Positions 33,960 through 42,992 of a stretch of 64,000 bases of DNA are shown piece by piece. The notes under the pieces were generated by a model. The model saw only the letters and a list, made by a program, of their open reading frames with translations. It did no database searches and had not been told where the DNA came from. A program made the position numbers and the translations under genes. The stretch is from an uncultured cyanobacterium (GTDB lineage: Bacteria; Cyanobacteriota; Cyanobacteriia; Cyanobacteriales; Nostocaceae), in contig CAVUDP010000002.1 of assembly GCA_963740315.1 (NCBI GenBank), forward strand, positions 3,680,001-3,744,000. Direction: 5' to 3'. Each line of letters opens with the position of its first letter. Position 1 is the stretch's first letter.

Positions 33960-34727
33960 ATGTTTAATTTAAATCATAAAATCAACGCAGCAAATTCACT
34001 TTTGGCTTTAGGCATCACGACTCTTGGGTTATTTATGGTACCTGATTCTGCCCAAGCTTTCACTTTAGTCGATCGTACAGATTTTGACGATACAGCTTTT
34101 GAACTGCAAAGAACAAATGGAGATTTTACTGAGCTGTTTGTTGCTGAAGGAAGAATTGGTAATAATAAAGGTGATGGAGAAAGAGAATTAGGTCTTAATA
34201 CAGCTACTGGTGCAAATGTTGAAGCAGGAGATTTAGTTTGGGGAGATGGAAGTAATAATGTAAATGAATACAATTTCAGTTTGAAGTACGATGGAAGTAA
34301 GGTTACATATGAACTTGGCGGTCAAACCTTAAGTAGCACTGAATTTAGTGGTTCTGCAAACAGTATTTTTCTGCGTACTTTTGCACAAAAGGATAACAGT
34401 AAGAACTCTAAAAACTTTGTTACGCTTAAAGACTTAGTTTTTAACGGTGAAACTATAGGAAGTTTGTCATCTTTGGGTGGTGAGAGCAAAGATGTAGACT
34501 ATTTGCAAATCCGCGATATTGATATTTCAGCTCCGTTTACACTTACTGGTAAAACATTAATGAGTTGGACTGGTAGTAACCCTATGCGTTCTAACCTTGC
34601 TTTTCAAATTAAAGTTGGAAATTCTTCACCAACCAGCGTACCCGAACCCGGTACAATCGGCGCGATATTCGTAACTGGAATTACTGGTTTAGGATTGAGT
34701 AAAAAGAAGAAAAAAGATGAAGCTTAA
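33960..34727 (+). CDS. PEP-CTERM sorting-domain exported protein
   Basis: Signal peptide ending AQA; C-terminal VPEPG, TM and KKKKK. Confidence 0.9.
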   Translation: MFNLNHKINAANSLLALGITTLGLFMVPDSAQAFTLVDRTDFDDTAFELQRTNGDFTELFVAEGRIGNNKGDGERELGLNTATGANVEAGDLVWGDGSNNVNEYNFSLKYDGSKVTYELGGQTLSSTEFSGSANSIFLRTFAQKDNSKNSKNFVTLKDLVFNGETIGSLSSLGGESKDVDYLQIRDIDISAPFTLTGKTLMSWTGSNPMRSNLAFQIKVGNSSPTSVPEPGTIGAIFVTGITGLGLSKKKKKDEA

Positions 34728-34949
34728 AGATAAATAAGTGCGTCAACGATATTATTATCTAATTTCTATTTAATATTTGATAGAGTTGCATCGCCTTAAT
34801 TAAACAGTTTTTTCTTATCTTCTTCAAGTCAGAAAGCTAATTAAACAAATGCACGTCTCAAAGATATCTATATCTAAGGGCGTGCATCATAGGTTTTAAT
34901 CGAGCTATACTTACCAAAATAAACACTTTTACAACAAACAACAATCGCT

Positions 34950-36668
34950 GTGCAAACATTTGACTTTACTACTTTGAGTGCAGTTTGCAGCGATATCCGT
35001 GCTAACTGGCTTCCATCGCGCCTCGAACAAGTTTATCAGCGCGATCGCTACACTATTGCAATTGCACTCCGTACTCTCAAATCACGGGGTTGGTTGGAAG
35101 TTTCTTGGCATCCCCAAGCTGCTCGCATTCATATCGGTTCTCCACCACCGCGATCGCCAGATACATTCACGTTTTCTCAACAATTGGTTCACCAGTTAGG
35201 TGGTTTGGCATTAGTAACAATTGAGACAATTGCTCCTTGGGAACGTGCTGTAGATTTACAATTCGCTCGTCGCCCTGGAGAGCAGGCTTTATATCATTTA
35301 TATGTAGAAATCATGGGCAAGTACAGCAACGTGATTCTTACGGATGCCAAGAATATAATTATTACTGCCGGTCGTCAAATTAACGAGAAAAAATCAAGCG
35401 TTCGTCCTATTTTAACCGGAGAAGTTTACGAAAAACCACCCAGCCTTACTACTAAAATTCCCAGTTTGGATGAATCAGAACTCTCTTGGCAAGAAAGGGT
35501 AAGCTTGATACCAGGAGCAATCAAGCGTCAGTTGCCAAAAATCTATCGTGGTGTTTCTCCCGCTTTGGTAGAGTCGATGCTAAAAGCTGCAAATATTAGT
35601 ACGGATACAACCGATAATTTTACATCTAAGGAATGGCGCTTATTATTTAAGCAATGGCATATTTGGCTCGAAGCTTTGCAAGAAAAGAAATTTCAACCAG
35701 CTTGGACTCAAACAGGCTATACCGTACTCGGTTGGGGTGCAGTTAAAAAAGTAGACGATATTCAAGAGTTACTCGATCGCTACTATACCGATAAGTTTAA
35801 CGAACAGATATTTTCTCAGCTACGGCATCAGCTTACTCAAAAACTAAGCAATATTTTGCAGAAATTAGGCTCTAAAGCCCAAACCTTTGATAAACGCTTG
35901 CAACAGTCATCTCAAGCAGACGAATATCGTACTAAAGCCGATTTACTGATGGCTTATCTGCAAGAATGGCAACCGGGGATGGAAGAAATTACTTTAGCTG
36001 ATTTCGAGACAAACGAACCAGTAAAAATAAAACTACAACCAGATAAAAACGCAGTACAAAATGCTCAATATCTTTATAAACAGCATCAAAAACTCAAACG
36101 CGCTCGTACTGCGGTAGAACCTTTACTTGCAGAAGTGAATGCCGAAATTGAATATTTAGAACAAGTAGAAGCTGCAATTTCTCAAATTGACAACTACCAA
36201 ACAGATGAAGATTTACAGGCTTTGGAAGAAATCCGCGAAGAATTGATTGCCCAAAAATATTTGGAAGACTCGGAATACCGCAGACGTAGTTCTAACGAAG
36301 CGACTACAAACTTTCATCGTCATCAAACACCAAGCGGTTTTGAAGTATTGATTGGACGTAACAACCGCCAAAATGACCAATTAACTTTTCGTGTTGCCCG
36401 AAATTATGACTTATGGTTTCACGCTCAAGAAATTCCTGGAAGTCACGTACTACTAAGACTTGAGCCTGGAGCTATAGCCGAAGAGAATGATTTACAGTTT
36501 ACCGCAAATCTTGCAGCATACTATAGCCGCGCTCGTCAAAGCGAACAGGTACCAGTCATTTACACCGAACCAAAGCACGTTTATAAACCAAAAGGAGCCA
36601 AACCAGGAATTGCTATTTACAAGCAAGAAACCATACTTTGGGGAAAACCACAATCTCTCAAAAGTTAG
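34950..36668 (+). CDS. rqcH: Rqc2/RqcH (NFACT, FbpA family) ribosome quality-control protein
   Basis: FDFTTL N-terminus, EIMGKYSNVIL, IGRNNRQND, WFHAQEIPGSHV, VYKPKGAKPG. Confidence 0.92.
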   Translation: MQTFDFTTLSAVCSDIRANWLPSRLEQVYQRDRYTIAIALRTLKSRGWLEVSWHPQAARIHIGSPPPRSPDTFTFSQQLVHQLGGLALVTIETIAPWERAVDLQFARRPGEQALYHLYVEIMGKYSNVILTDAKNIIITAGRQINEKKSSVRPILTGEVYEKPPSLTTKIPSLDESELSWQERVSLIPGAIKRQLPKIYRGVSPALVESMLKAANISTDTTDNFTSKEWRLLFKQWHIWLEALQEKKFQPAWTQTGYTVLGWGAVKKVDDIQELLDRYYTDKFNEQIFSQLRHQLTQKLSNILQKLGSKAQTFDKRLQQSSQADEYRTKADLLMAYLQEWQPGMEEITLADFETNEPVKIKLQPDKNAVQNAQYLYKQHQKLKRARTAVEPLLAEVNAEIEYLEQVEAAISQIDNYQTDEDLQALEEIREELIAQKYLEDSEYRRRSSNEATTNFHRHQTPSGFEVLIGRNNRQNDQLTFRVARNYDLWFHAQEIPGSHVLLRLEPGAIAEENDLQFTANLAAYYSRARQSEQVPVIYTEPKHVYKPKGAKPGIAIYKQETILWGKPQSLKS

Positions 36669-36823
36669 GGGTTAAGAGTTAGCAGTTAATAATTAAGAAT
36701 TTTTTTTCACTTTCTCCCCCCTCTTCCCCTTCTCTCTTTCGCTAGTTCTAATCAATTCTTCTTAAAGATAGAGGCAGAATATCTCTACAAATATCTTTTT
36801 TTGGTAAATTTTCAGGAAAATTC

Positions 36824-36841
36824 TGTACTGCCTGTTACAAT
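36824..36841 (+). promoter_or_regulatory. NtcA box overlapping a -10 element
   Basis: TGTA-CTGCCTGT-TACA (GTA-N8-TAC); its right half begins TACAAT (36836-36841). Confidence 0.7.
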
Positions 36842-36846
36842 ACTGT

Positions 36847-36959
36847 AAAGAAACATTACCCGAGCCGTTTTGGGAACGCGAAAATTTGGGTTTGATTTTG
36901 CAAAGAAGACAACGCTAACAAAAAGTATGATAGACCAGCTGTGGGAAGCTGGTTTTTTT
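36847..36959 (+). ncRNA. Candidate ~110-nt NtcA-repressed sRNA (NsrR1-like)
   Basis: ORF-free stretch between the NtcA/-10 site and the terminator ACCAGCT-GTGGGA-AGCTGGT plus T-run. Confidence 0.55.
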
Positions 36960-37146
36960 GTATAAAATCATCCAAAATCTATAGTGCGTGAGAAGCATTC
37001 CTCTAAGGTGCTATGGCAATCTAGCCATAATGGTAGATAGCTGTGAAATCAATCAACTTACAACTTATTGTTCGTAATAGTTAATGTATATTACGTATAT
37101 TTACTATTATACTATAAATTAATTTATGGCGTATAAAAATCGAGAA

Positions 37147-37194
37147 GCCGGGTTTATTGGCATTACATCAAGCAATTTGGAATAAACCCGGTTT
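37147..37194. terminator. Hairpin downstream of the porin gene
   Basis: CCGGGTTTATT...AATAAACCCGG. Confidence 0.6.
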
Positions 37195-37214
37195 ACTTTC
37201 TTAGATACAGTTGA

Positions 37215-38867
37215 TTAAAAAGTAAAGGTAGTTCTAAGGGCACCAATTACAACATCATTGTTATTATCATTGTGGTCTGGTGCAGTTAACCAAATGACTC
37301 CAGGGGTTATAGCAATATTGTCATTTACCTTAAACTGGTAAAACGCTTCGATGTGATAGGAAGTATCCGTGTCCTTGCTAATTTCGTCGATACTCGAATC
37401 CGTTACTTTTGGTTCCATACCTACGATAATACCTGCTAAGTTCCCTTTCTTACCTAAGTCCGGAAAACCTAAAGTTACCGCCCAATTCCAAATATCAAGA
37501 CTTCCACGGTCAATTCTACCTCCTTCAGTGGATAAATTAATTGCATTGGTATATCCAACCCAACCTCCTAACACAATATTATTGCTGATACCTAACGTTG
37601 CTTGTATACCATAGGAATTGCTAGAAAATGGCACCTCTACCTCTTCAGGTTCGGGTTCTCCAGGTTCGGCAGGAGGAGGGGCAATTTCACCTCGAAGGAA
37701 GGATATAGGATTGGCACGATTGCTACCAGTACCTAATTCCTGATTATAAGCATTGATATAGGTCAAACCAATTTTGAAACGTTTGCTTGGCTCAAAGGTT
37801 AACTGTGCAAGCGCACCGTAGGGACCATTAAATATACCGCTATCCGAAGAAGGATCGTTAGGGGAACTTCCTAAATAAGCCAAACTCAATGATAAGCGAT
37901 CGCCAAATTCTTGGGTAATTCCTAATCCAGAACCATCCATATTGTAATAAATCGGGTTACGAGTACCAAAAGCAGATATCGCACCTTCTGTACCATCACC
38001 GTCAAATTGGTTAACAGTATCTACAACATCATCCGCCGCACCTGCATTTGCGATCGCAATAACATTGGTTTTCTCGGTGAGAGGAAAACTGTACCATAAC
38101 GCATCAAGGGCAGCATCAGTACTAGCATCTTCACTGGCTTCACCAAAAGCAAGATTACCTTCAGGCGTACCAATATTGGGACTGACAATATTATTAGTTT
38201 GAATACGAGTGTATAGAGTGTCTTTTCCAGTGAAACTAGTAACAAAGTTTATCCGCGCTCTTGCTCCGAAAGTCGTATTGTCTTCGTTTGTATCTCCCTC
38301 CAAAGTATCAACGACTGCCGTTACAACTTCACCTTCTAATTTAGAAGTTGTAGAAAACTGATTCGCTTCTATTTGAGCAGTTCTTGCTTCTATTGCATCT
38401 ACTCTTCCACGCAGTGTTGCAAGTTCGGGTGAAAAGTCTTGTTGTAATTTTTGCAGTGTAGCTAAATCTTCCCTTGTAACTAAATCGGCAGTCGCTGTAG
38501 CGATTAACTCATTAACTCTATCTAAACAAGCATTCAAACCAGCAGCAAACTCATACCTAGTTAATGCTCGATTGCCGCGATATGTTTGGTTGGGATATCC
38601 AGCAATACATCCGTAACGTTCCACCAAAGATTGCAGAGCCTGGAATGCCCAGTCAGTAGGCTGGACATCAGATAGCTGAGATACTGAAGTTACTTGGGCT
38701 ATTAGCTTCTCTTGAGTAAGACTATCATCTCTTAACTGTAATGTTGCAGACCCAAAAGCTTCCTTATTTTCTAAATTAACAACTGTCTCTACAGCGATCG
38801 CATCGCTACCAACGACCATCATTGCTGCAATTGGGCTTGTTAGCAGAATTTGCAATACTTTGTTCAT
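37215..38867 (-). CDS. SLH-domain outer-membrane porin (SomA/OprB, iron-uptake porin family)
   Basis: QVTSVSQLSDVQPTDWAFQALQSLVERYGCIAGYP, FSTTSKLEGE, C-terminal LRTTFTF. Confidence 0.95.
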   Translation of the reverse strand: MNKVLQILLTSPIAAMMVVGSDAIAVETVVNLENKEAFGSATLQLRDDSLTQEKLIAQVTSVSQLSDVQPTDWAFQALQSLVERYGCIAGYPNQTYRGNRALTRYEFAAGLNACLDRVNELIATATADLVTREDLATLQKLQQDFSPELATLRGRVDAIEARTAQIEANQFSTTSKLEGEVVTAVVDTLEGDTNEDNTTFGARARINFVTSFTGKDTLYTRIQTNNIVSPNIGTPEGNLAFGEASEDASTDAALDALWYSFPLTEKTNVIAIANAGAADDVVDTVNQFDGDGTEGAISAFGTRNPIYYNMDGSGLGITQEFGDRLSLSLAYLGSSPNDPSSDSGIFNGPYGALAQLTFEPSKRFKIGLTYINAYNQELGTGSNRANPISFLRGEIAPPPAEPGEPEPEEVEVPFSSNSYGIQATLGISNNIVLGGWVGYTNAINLSTEGGRIDRGSLDIWNWAVTLGFPDLGKKGNLAGIIVGMEPKVTDSSIDEISKDTDTSYHIEAFYQFKVNDNIAITPGVIWLTAPDHNDNNNDVVIGALRTTFTF

Positions 38868-39245
38868 TCTTCTTCCTTACGCTTAAAAACGCTTATTCGG
38901 CATCCAAACTCTACTTATATGAGAGCATTTTTATTAAAAATAATTTTCAAGAACATATTAGCATTCAGCAGCTTTTTCACAAAAAATCTAGAAACTTGAT
39001 TATTTATACTTAGTTAACACTCTTCAATTTATTTTCTCTGCTGCCGCTAATCTAATAATTCAATTCATCATGATGTTAGTGACTATTAGCTGGGTAAGCA
39101 ACACGAATGGGATTCTTATGAGGGTGCTTCATACCTTGCTTCGTCTGTTAGTATCGCGATCGAACAATTTATGATTTTTGTATTAGTCTTTGTTTCGGAA
39201 AAATGTTGAATTAAATCCATAGAAATAGATTATTTGGCAAAACTC

Positions 39246-39274
39246 TTGCAAAAGAAAGTAAGCAATGCTATATT
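39246..39274 (+). promoter_or_regulatory. Sigma70-type promoter of tRNA-Phe
   Basis: TTGCAA-N17-TATATT. Confidence 0.6.
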
Positions 39275-39299
39275 CTTTAATCGTGGGTCAAATAAGCCA

Positions 39300-39372
<73 letters not shown>

Positions 39373-39540
39373 TTACTGAAAATTCGATGTTCTTGCTTAT
39401 AGGGTAAGGGTTTCGGAGGACGACTTAAAGAAGGTGTAACCAAATTATTGGATATCTTTAGGTCGATTTGGATAAAAAAATGGTGTAAAGATGGTGTAAT
39501 CCTTGTGTACACTAGAAGGTAGATTACACCTTCTTAACTC

Positions 39541-40752
39541 ATGGCTTCCAAAACACCAACTGGCAGGGCTTCTAAAGGCTCTGTATCGGTAATACTTTCT
39601 AATGGTCGTTTACAGCTTAGGTTTCACTTCGCTCGCAAGCGATACTATATTTCTACTGGCTATCCCGATACGCCGCATCATCGGAAGTTAGCTAAATTGA
39701 AAGCTTCGGAAATTGAAAAAGATATTTTGTTTGAGCGGTTTGACCCCAAGGATTTAGATAAATACAAGTCACAAGTCGATTCACAGGAAATTACACCATT
39801 TACACCATCTTCTACGCCATCTGCGTCTCAACCAACATTGGTGCAGTTATGGGAGAAATATACGGATTTTAAGCGCTCAAGCTTATCCCCAAGCACTTTG
39901 GCAAAGGATTATACTAAAATCGCTCGTTGCATCGAATTAAAGTTGCCGAGCAAGTCCTTAAAGGATGCGATCGCCATTCGTGATTGGTTAGTTGCTAATA
40001 AAACAGCGAATTCTGCGAAAAGGATACTAACTCAACTAGCAGCTTGTTGCCAATGGGCGCAAAAATCTCAGATGATTAGTCATAATCCTTTTTTTGGGAT
40101 GGCAAGTGAAATAAAAATTTCTAAGAGTCAATCTGATGGTTCGGATATTAATCCTTTTAGTTTGGAAGAAAGGGACAAGATAATTCAAAGCTTCAAAGAT
40201 AACCATTTTTACAGTCATTATGCTCCGTTAATAGAATTCCTTTTCATGAGCGGATGCAGACCATCTGAAGCTGTAGCTTTGCAATGGAAGCATATTTCAG
40301 AAGACTTTAGAACAGTACGATTTGAGCAAGCGGTAGTTGAAGCAGAAAACGGACTGGTATGTAAAAAAGGATTGAAGACTCAGAAAAAACGTTCGTTTCC
40401 AGCAAACAAGAAACTCGCAGCACTTCTAGAGTCAATCAAAGCAGAAAATGCAACTGGTGAGACTAAAGTATTTCCTTCTCCCAAAGGTAAATGGATTGAT
40501 GTGCATAACCTTACGAATAGAGTGTGGCGTTCTGTGCTTCAAGAATTAAGTGGCACCATAGAGTATCGTAAACTTTATCAAACCAGGCATACTTTTATTA
40601 CAGCAGCCTTAGAAACACCAATTCCGACTCCAGATGGAAGAACCAAGATGCTCGATGCAAAGGATGTAGCTAAGTTAGTTGGGACTAGTCCTAAGATGAT
40701 TTATGAGCATTATGCTGGAGCAAGTAAGGAATTGTTTGTGCCGGAGTTTTAA
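39541..40752 (+). CDS. Tyrosine recombinase/integrase with N-terminal arm-binding domain
   Basis: GRLQLRF..RYYISTG arm domain; SGCRPSE, LYQTRHTF, MIYEHY catalytic motifs. Confidence 0.93.
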   Translation: MASKTPTGRASKGSVSVILSNGRLQLRFHFARKRYYISTGYPDTPHHRKLAKLKASEIEKDILFERFDPKDLDKYKSQVDSQEITPFTPSSTPSASQPTLVQLWEKYTDFKRSSLSPSTLAKDYTKIARCIELKLPSKSLKDAIAIRDWLVANKTANSAKRILTQLAACCQWAQKSQMISHNPFFGMASEIKISKSQSDGSDINPFSLEERDKIIQSFKDNHFYSHYAPLIEFLFMSGCRPSEAVALQWKHISEDFRTVRFEQAVVEAENGLVCKKGLKTQKKRSFPANKKLAALLESIKAENATGETKVFPSPKGKWIDVHNLTNRVWRSVLQELSGTIEYRKLYQTRHTFITAALETPIPTPDGRTKMLDAKDVAKLVGTSPKMIYEHYAGASKELFVPEF

Positions 40753-40812
40753 GTTATTCAAAGACGGTAAAAAATTTCAATTCAATAAATAATAAGCAGT
40801 TGAAACACAAAT

Positions 40813-41448
40813 ATGACAACTAATATAGCTATTGCAGAAAACATTACTACTCTTCGTCAAGTTGAAGAGAAATTGGGTCTAAAACTTAGTGATGAGCGCC
40901 AATTTTTTACCGAATGGATGGCTGACTTACCTCTGCTGAGTGAAGCAGAAGAAATAAGATTAGAACAAGTTCGACAAAATTATCTTTATCAAATTTCGGA
41001 TGGAAGCCTTTTAGAAGAAACTATTAAAATGGTGGTGCTTTCACCGTTACTGGAACTTGCGGGTTTCTATCAGTCACCTTATAGGTTTAAAACCGAAGTA
41101 TCTGTGGAAATTGAAGCATTAGGAGATAACGAAGAAATTTTACGAGGACGTATTGATGCTTTAGTTTTACAGGGTAAATTGTGGATTGTACTAATAGAAT
41201 CAAAGAAGACGACCTTTGATTTGGAATTAGCAATTCCTCAGACACTAGCTTATATGGCGGCTCATCCAAAGCCAGAACAACCTCTTTACGGAATGATAAC
41301 TAATGGTAGCAGCCATTTGTTTGTCAAAGCTTTAGGTAAACAGTATGGTGTTTCTGATTTATTTTCAACTAGGTCGCAGTATCGAAATAATTTGAACGAA
41401 GTTTTAAAAATACTCAAATATTTAGGAAGAATTATTACAGCATCTTAG
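40813..41448 (+). CDS. PD-(D/E)xK nuclease-like protein (type I HsdR N-terminal-like)
   Basis: EETIKMVVLSPLL, LRGRIDALV, VLIESK, AIPQTLAYM, GMITNG. Confidence 0.75.
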   Translation: MTTNIAIAENITTLRQVEEKLGLKLSDERQFFTEWMADLPLLSEAEEIRLEQVRQNYLYQISDGSLLEETIKMVVLSPLLELAGFYQSPYRFKTEVSVEIEALGDNEEILRGRIDALVLQGKLWIVLIESKKTTFDLELAIPQTLAYMAAHPKPEQPLYGMITNGSSHLFVKALGKQYGVSDLFSTRSQYRNNLNEVLKILKYLGRIITAS

Positions 41449-41773
41449 GGAAGTGTAAAAATGAATGCAAAATTAAATATGATGTACGGCAAATTGCCGT
41501 ATTGATTTTTATTTAATTTTTTATCTGCCACGAGCATAATCGTCTAGGTAAGTAATAGTGGTTTTATGAGTGTTGTATTACCACATTATCATTTCAGATA
41601 ATATGGTGAAATGCTCTATCTGTAAGCATTATAGCGATAATATTGGGCACTTAGCTTTTTATATTCAGTATAATATGAAGGCATCTTGATTGAAATCCAA
41701 TGAATAATCGGAAATTTGAATAGTTGATGCATTAAATTTATCCTTCGTCTTACGGGGCTAATTTAAAAATCGT

Positions 41774-42193
41774 TTATTTCAACGCAATTGCAATATCCGA
41801 ATAAAAGTATCCTTGACTAAGCAAAAACTCAGCTAAACCTTTCATCTTTCCTCTTTTATAAGCAGTGGAATAACCTTTAATTTGCTGTTGCTTACAAAAC
41901 AAGCGTAGGTTTCGGATACCCAAATCAATTAACAACTTAGCTTGCTTATCCTTCTCCACAATTGTCATTGCTTCTTCTTTTATTACTTGACTTATTTTCG
42001 ATTCAGATTGCATTTTAGTCACTTCAATGCAATCGGACTTGCTATCAATTTCCTCAGATTTATGATGTTGTTCATAATCGTAATTTAGATAGCATAAACA
42101 CCCAAATATCAAACAAAACAAGAAGACGGGAAACAATAAATCGTTGATAGTACAAACAATTTCGGGAGTTGTAACAAATTGGGTTGTAAACAT
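41774..42193 (-). CDS. Hypothetical protein, N-terminal TM and small C-terminal helical domain
   Basis: AAAGGA RBS; hydrophobic LFPVFLFCLIFGCLCYL; LGIRNLRLFCKQQQIKGYS resembles a Rho-N/SAP-like fold. Confidence 0.6.
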   Translation of the reverse strand: MFTTQFVTTPEIVCTINDLLFPVFLFCLIFGCLCYLNYDYEQHHKSEEIDSKSDCIEVTKMQSESKISQVIKEEAMTIVEKDKQAKLLIDLGIRNLRLFCKQQQIKGYSTAYKRGKMKGLAEFLLSQGYFYSDIAIALK

Positions 42194-42344
42194 TGCGATT
42201 TCCTTTAATTAATAACAATTGGGTAGCGGTTCTCAATTACTACCCAGTAGCGGGGGAAAATCCCCCGTACTAAGTAGTTTTGTACCGCCACTAATAACTA
42301 GAAATTAAAGGTGGAGGTTTTAAGATTCAATCAAAAAATTCAAG

Positions 42345-42578
42345 CTAAGAATCCAATTCATCCATGTCATTGTATAAATAGTCAATTAACGTAGATAAAT
42401 TGTAGTTGTCTTTCAGCTTTGGAGGACAAGCAGGGTTCAGGGCAAAAAACGGTTCGCCATTATGTAAAAAAGTATGGACAACATTCGAGTCTTTCTCTTT
42501 TACGAATATCTTAAAGTCATCCACACTAATTGTTGATAAAACACTTGTTAACTTTGATAATCTTCTTCGTAACATCAT
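42345..42578 (-). CDS. Small hypothetical protein
   Basis: 77-aa ORF with GGAGG RBS. Confidence 0.55.
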   Translation of the reverse strand: MMLRRRLSKLTSVLSTISVDDFKIFVKEKDSNVVHTFLHNGEPFFALNPACPPKLKDNYNLSTLIDYLYNDMDELDS

Positions 42579-42776
42579 AAACCTCCATACATTGTGTTTA
42601 AACTAATTACTTAGCCCCGCACAACGCAGGATATTGAAAGCTTTTTGTTGAACCTACTATCTACTAAAAATGCAGTATTTTAAATAGCAATTAATTCGAT
42701 TTCGGTACTTAAAAAACTTCCAATGGCAATAGCAAGAATTGAACTTGTTTTTTGGATCACCAGAATTGCCTATTCA

Positions 42777-42992
42777 TTACTTAAAATTAATTCTATTTTT
42801 CTTAAAGCATATAGAAGCTAGTTCTACTCCTTCCCCTTCTCCTACCCATCTATTAGATTTTTTGTGACCGTAACTGGATATGATTCCCCAATTTGTGGTA
42901 TTTGCATAATACTTTAATGTTTTTATAGCATAATCAAGTGCTGATTTATTATTGTTAGAATCTTGCTCTATCATTTTATTTATCACCTCCAC
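42777..42992 (-). CDS. Small hypothetical protein at the end of the operon
   Basis: Overlaps the FtsK stop; GGAGG precedes an internal ATG (MIEQD), which may be the real start. Confidence 0.5.
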   Translation of the reverse strand: MEVINKMIEQDSNNNKSALDYAIKTLKYYANTTNWGIISSYGHKKSNRWVGEGEGVELASICFKKNRINFK

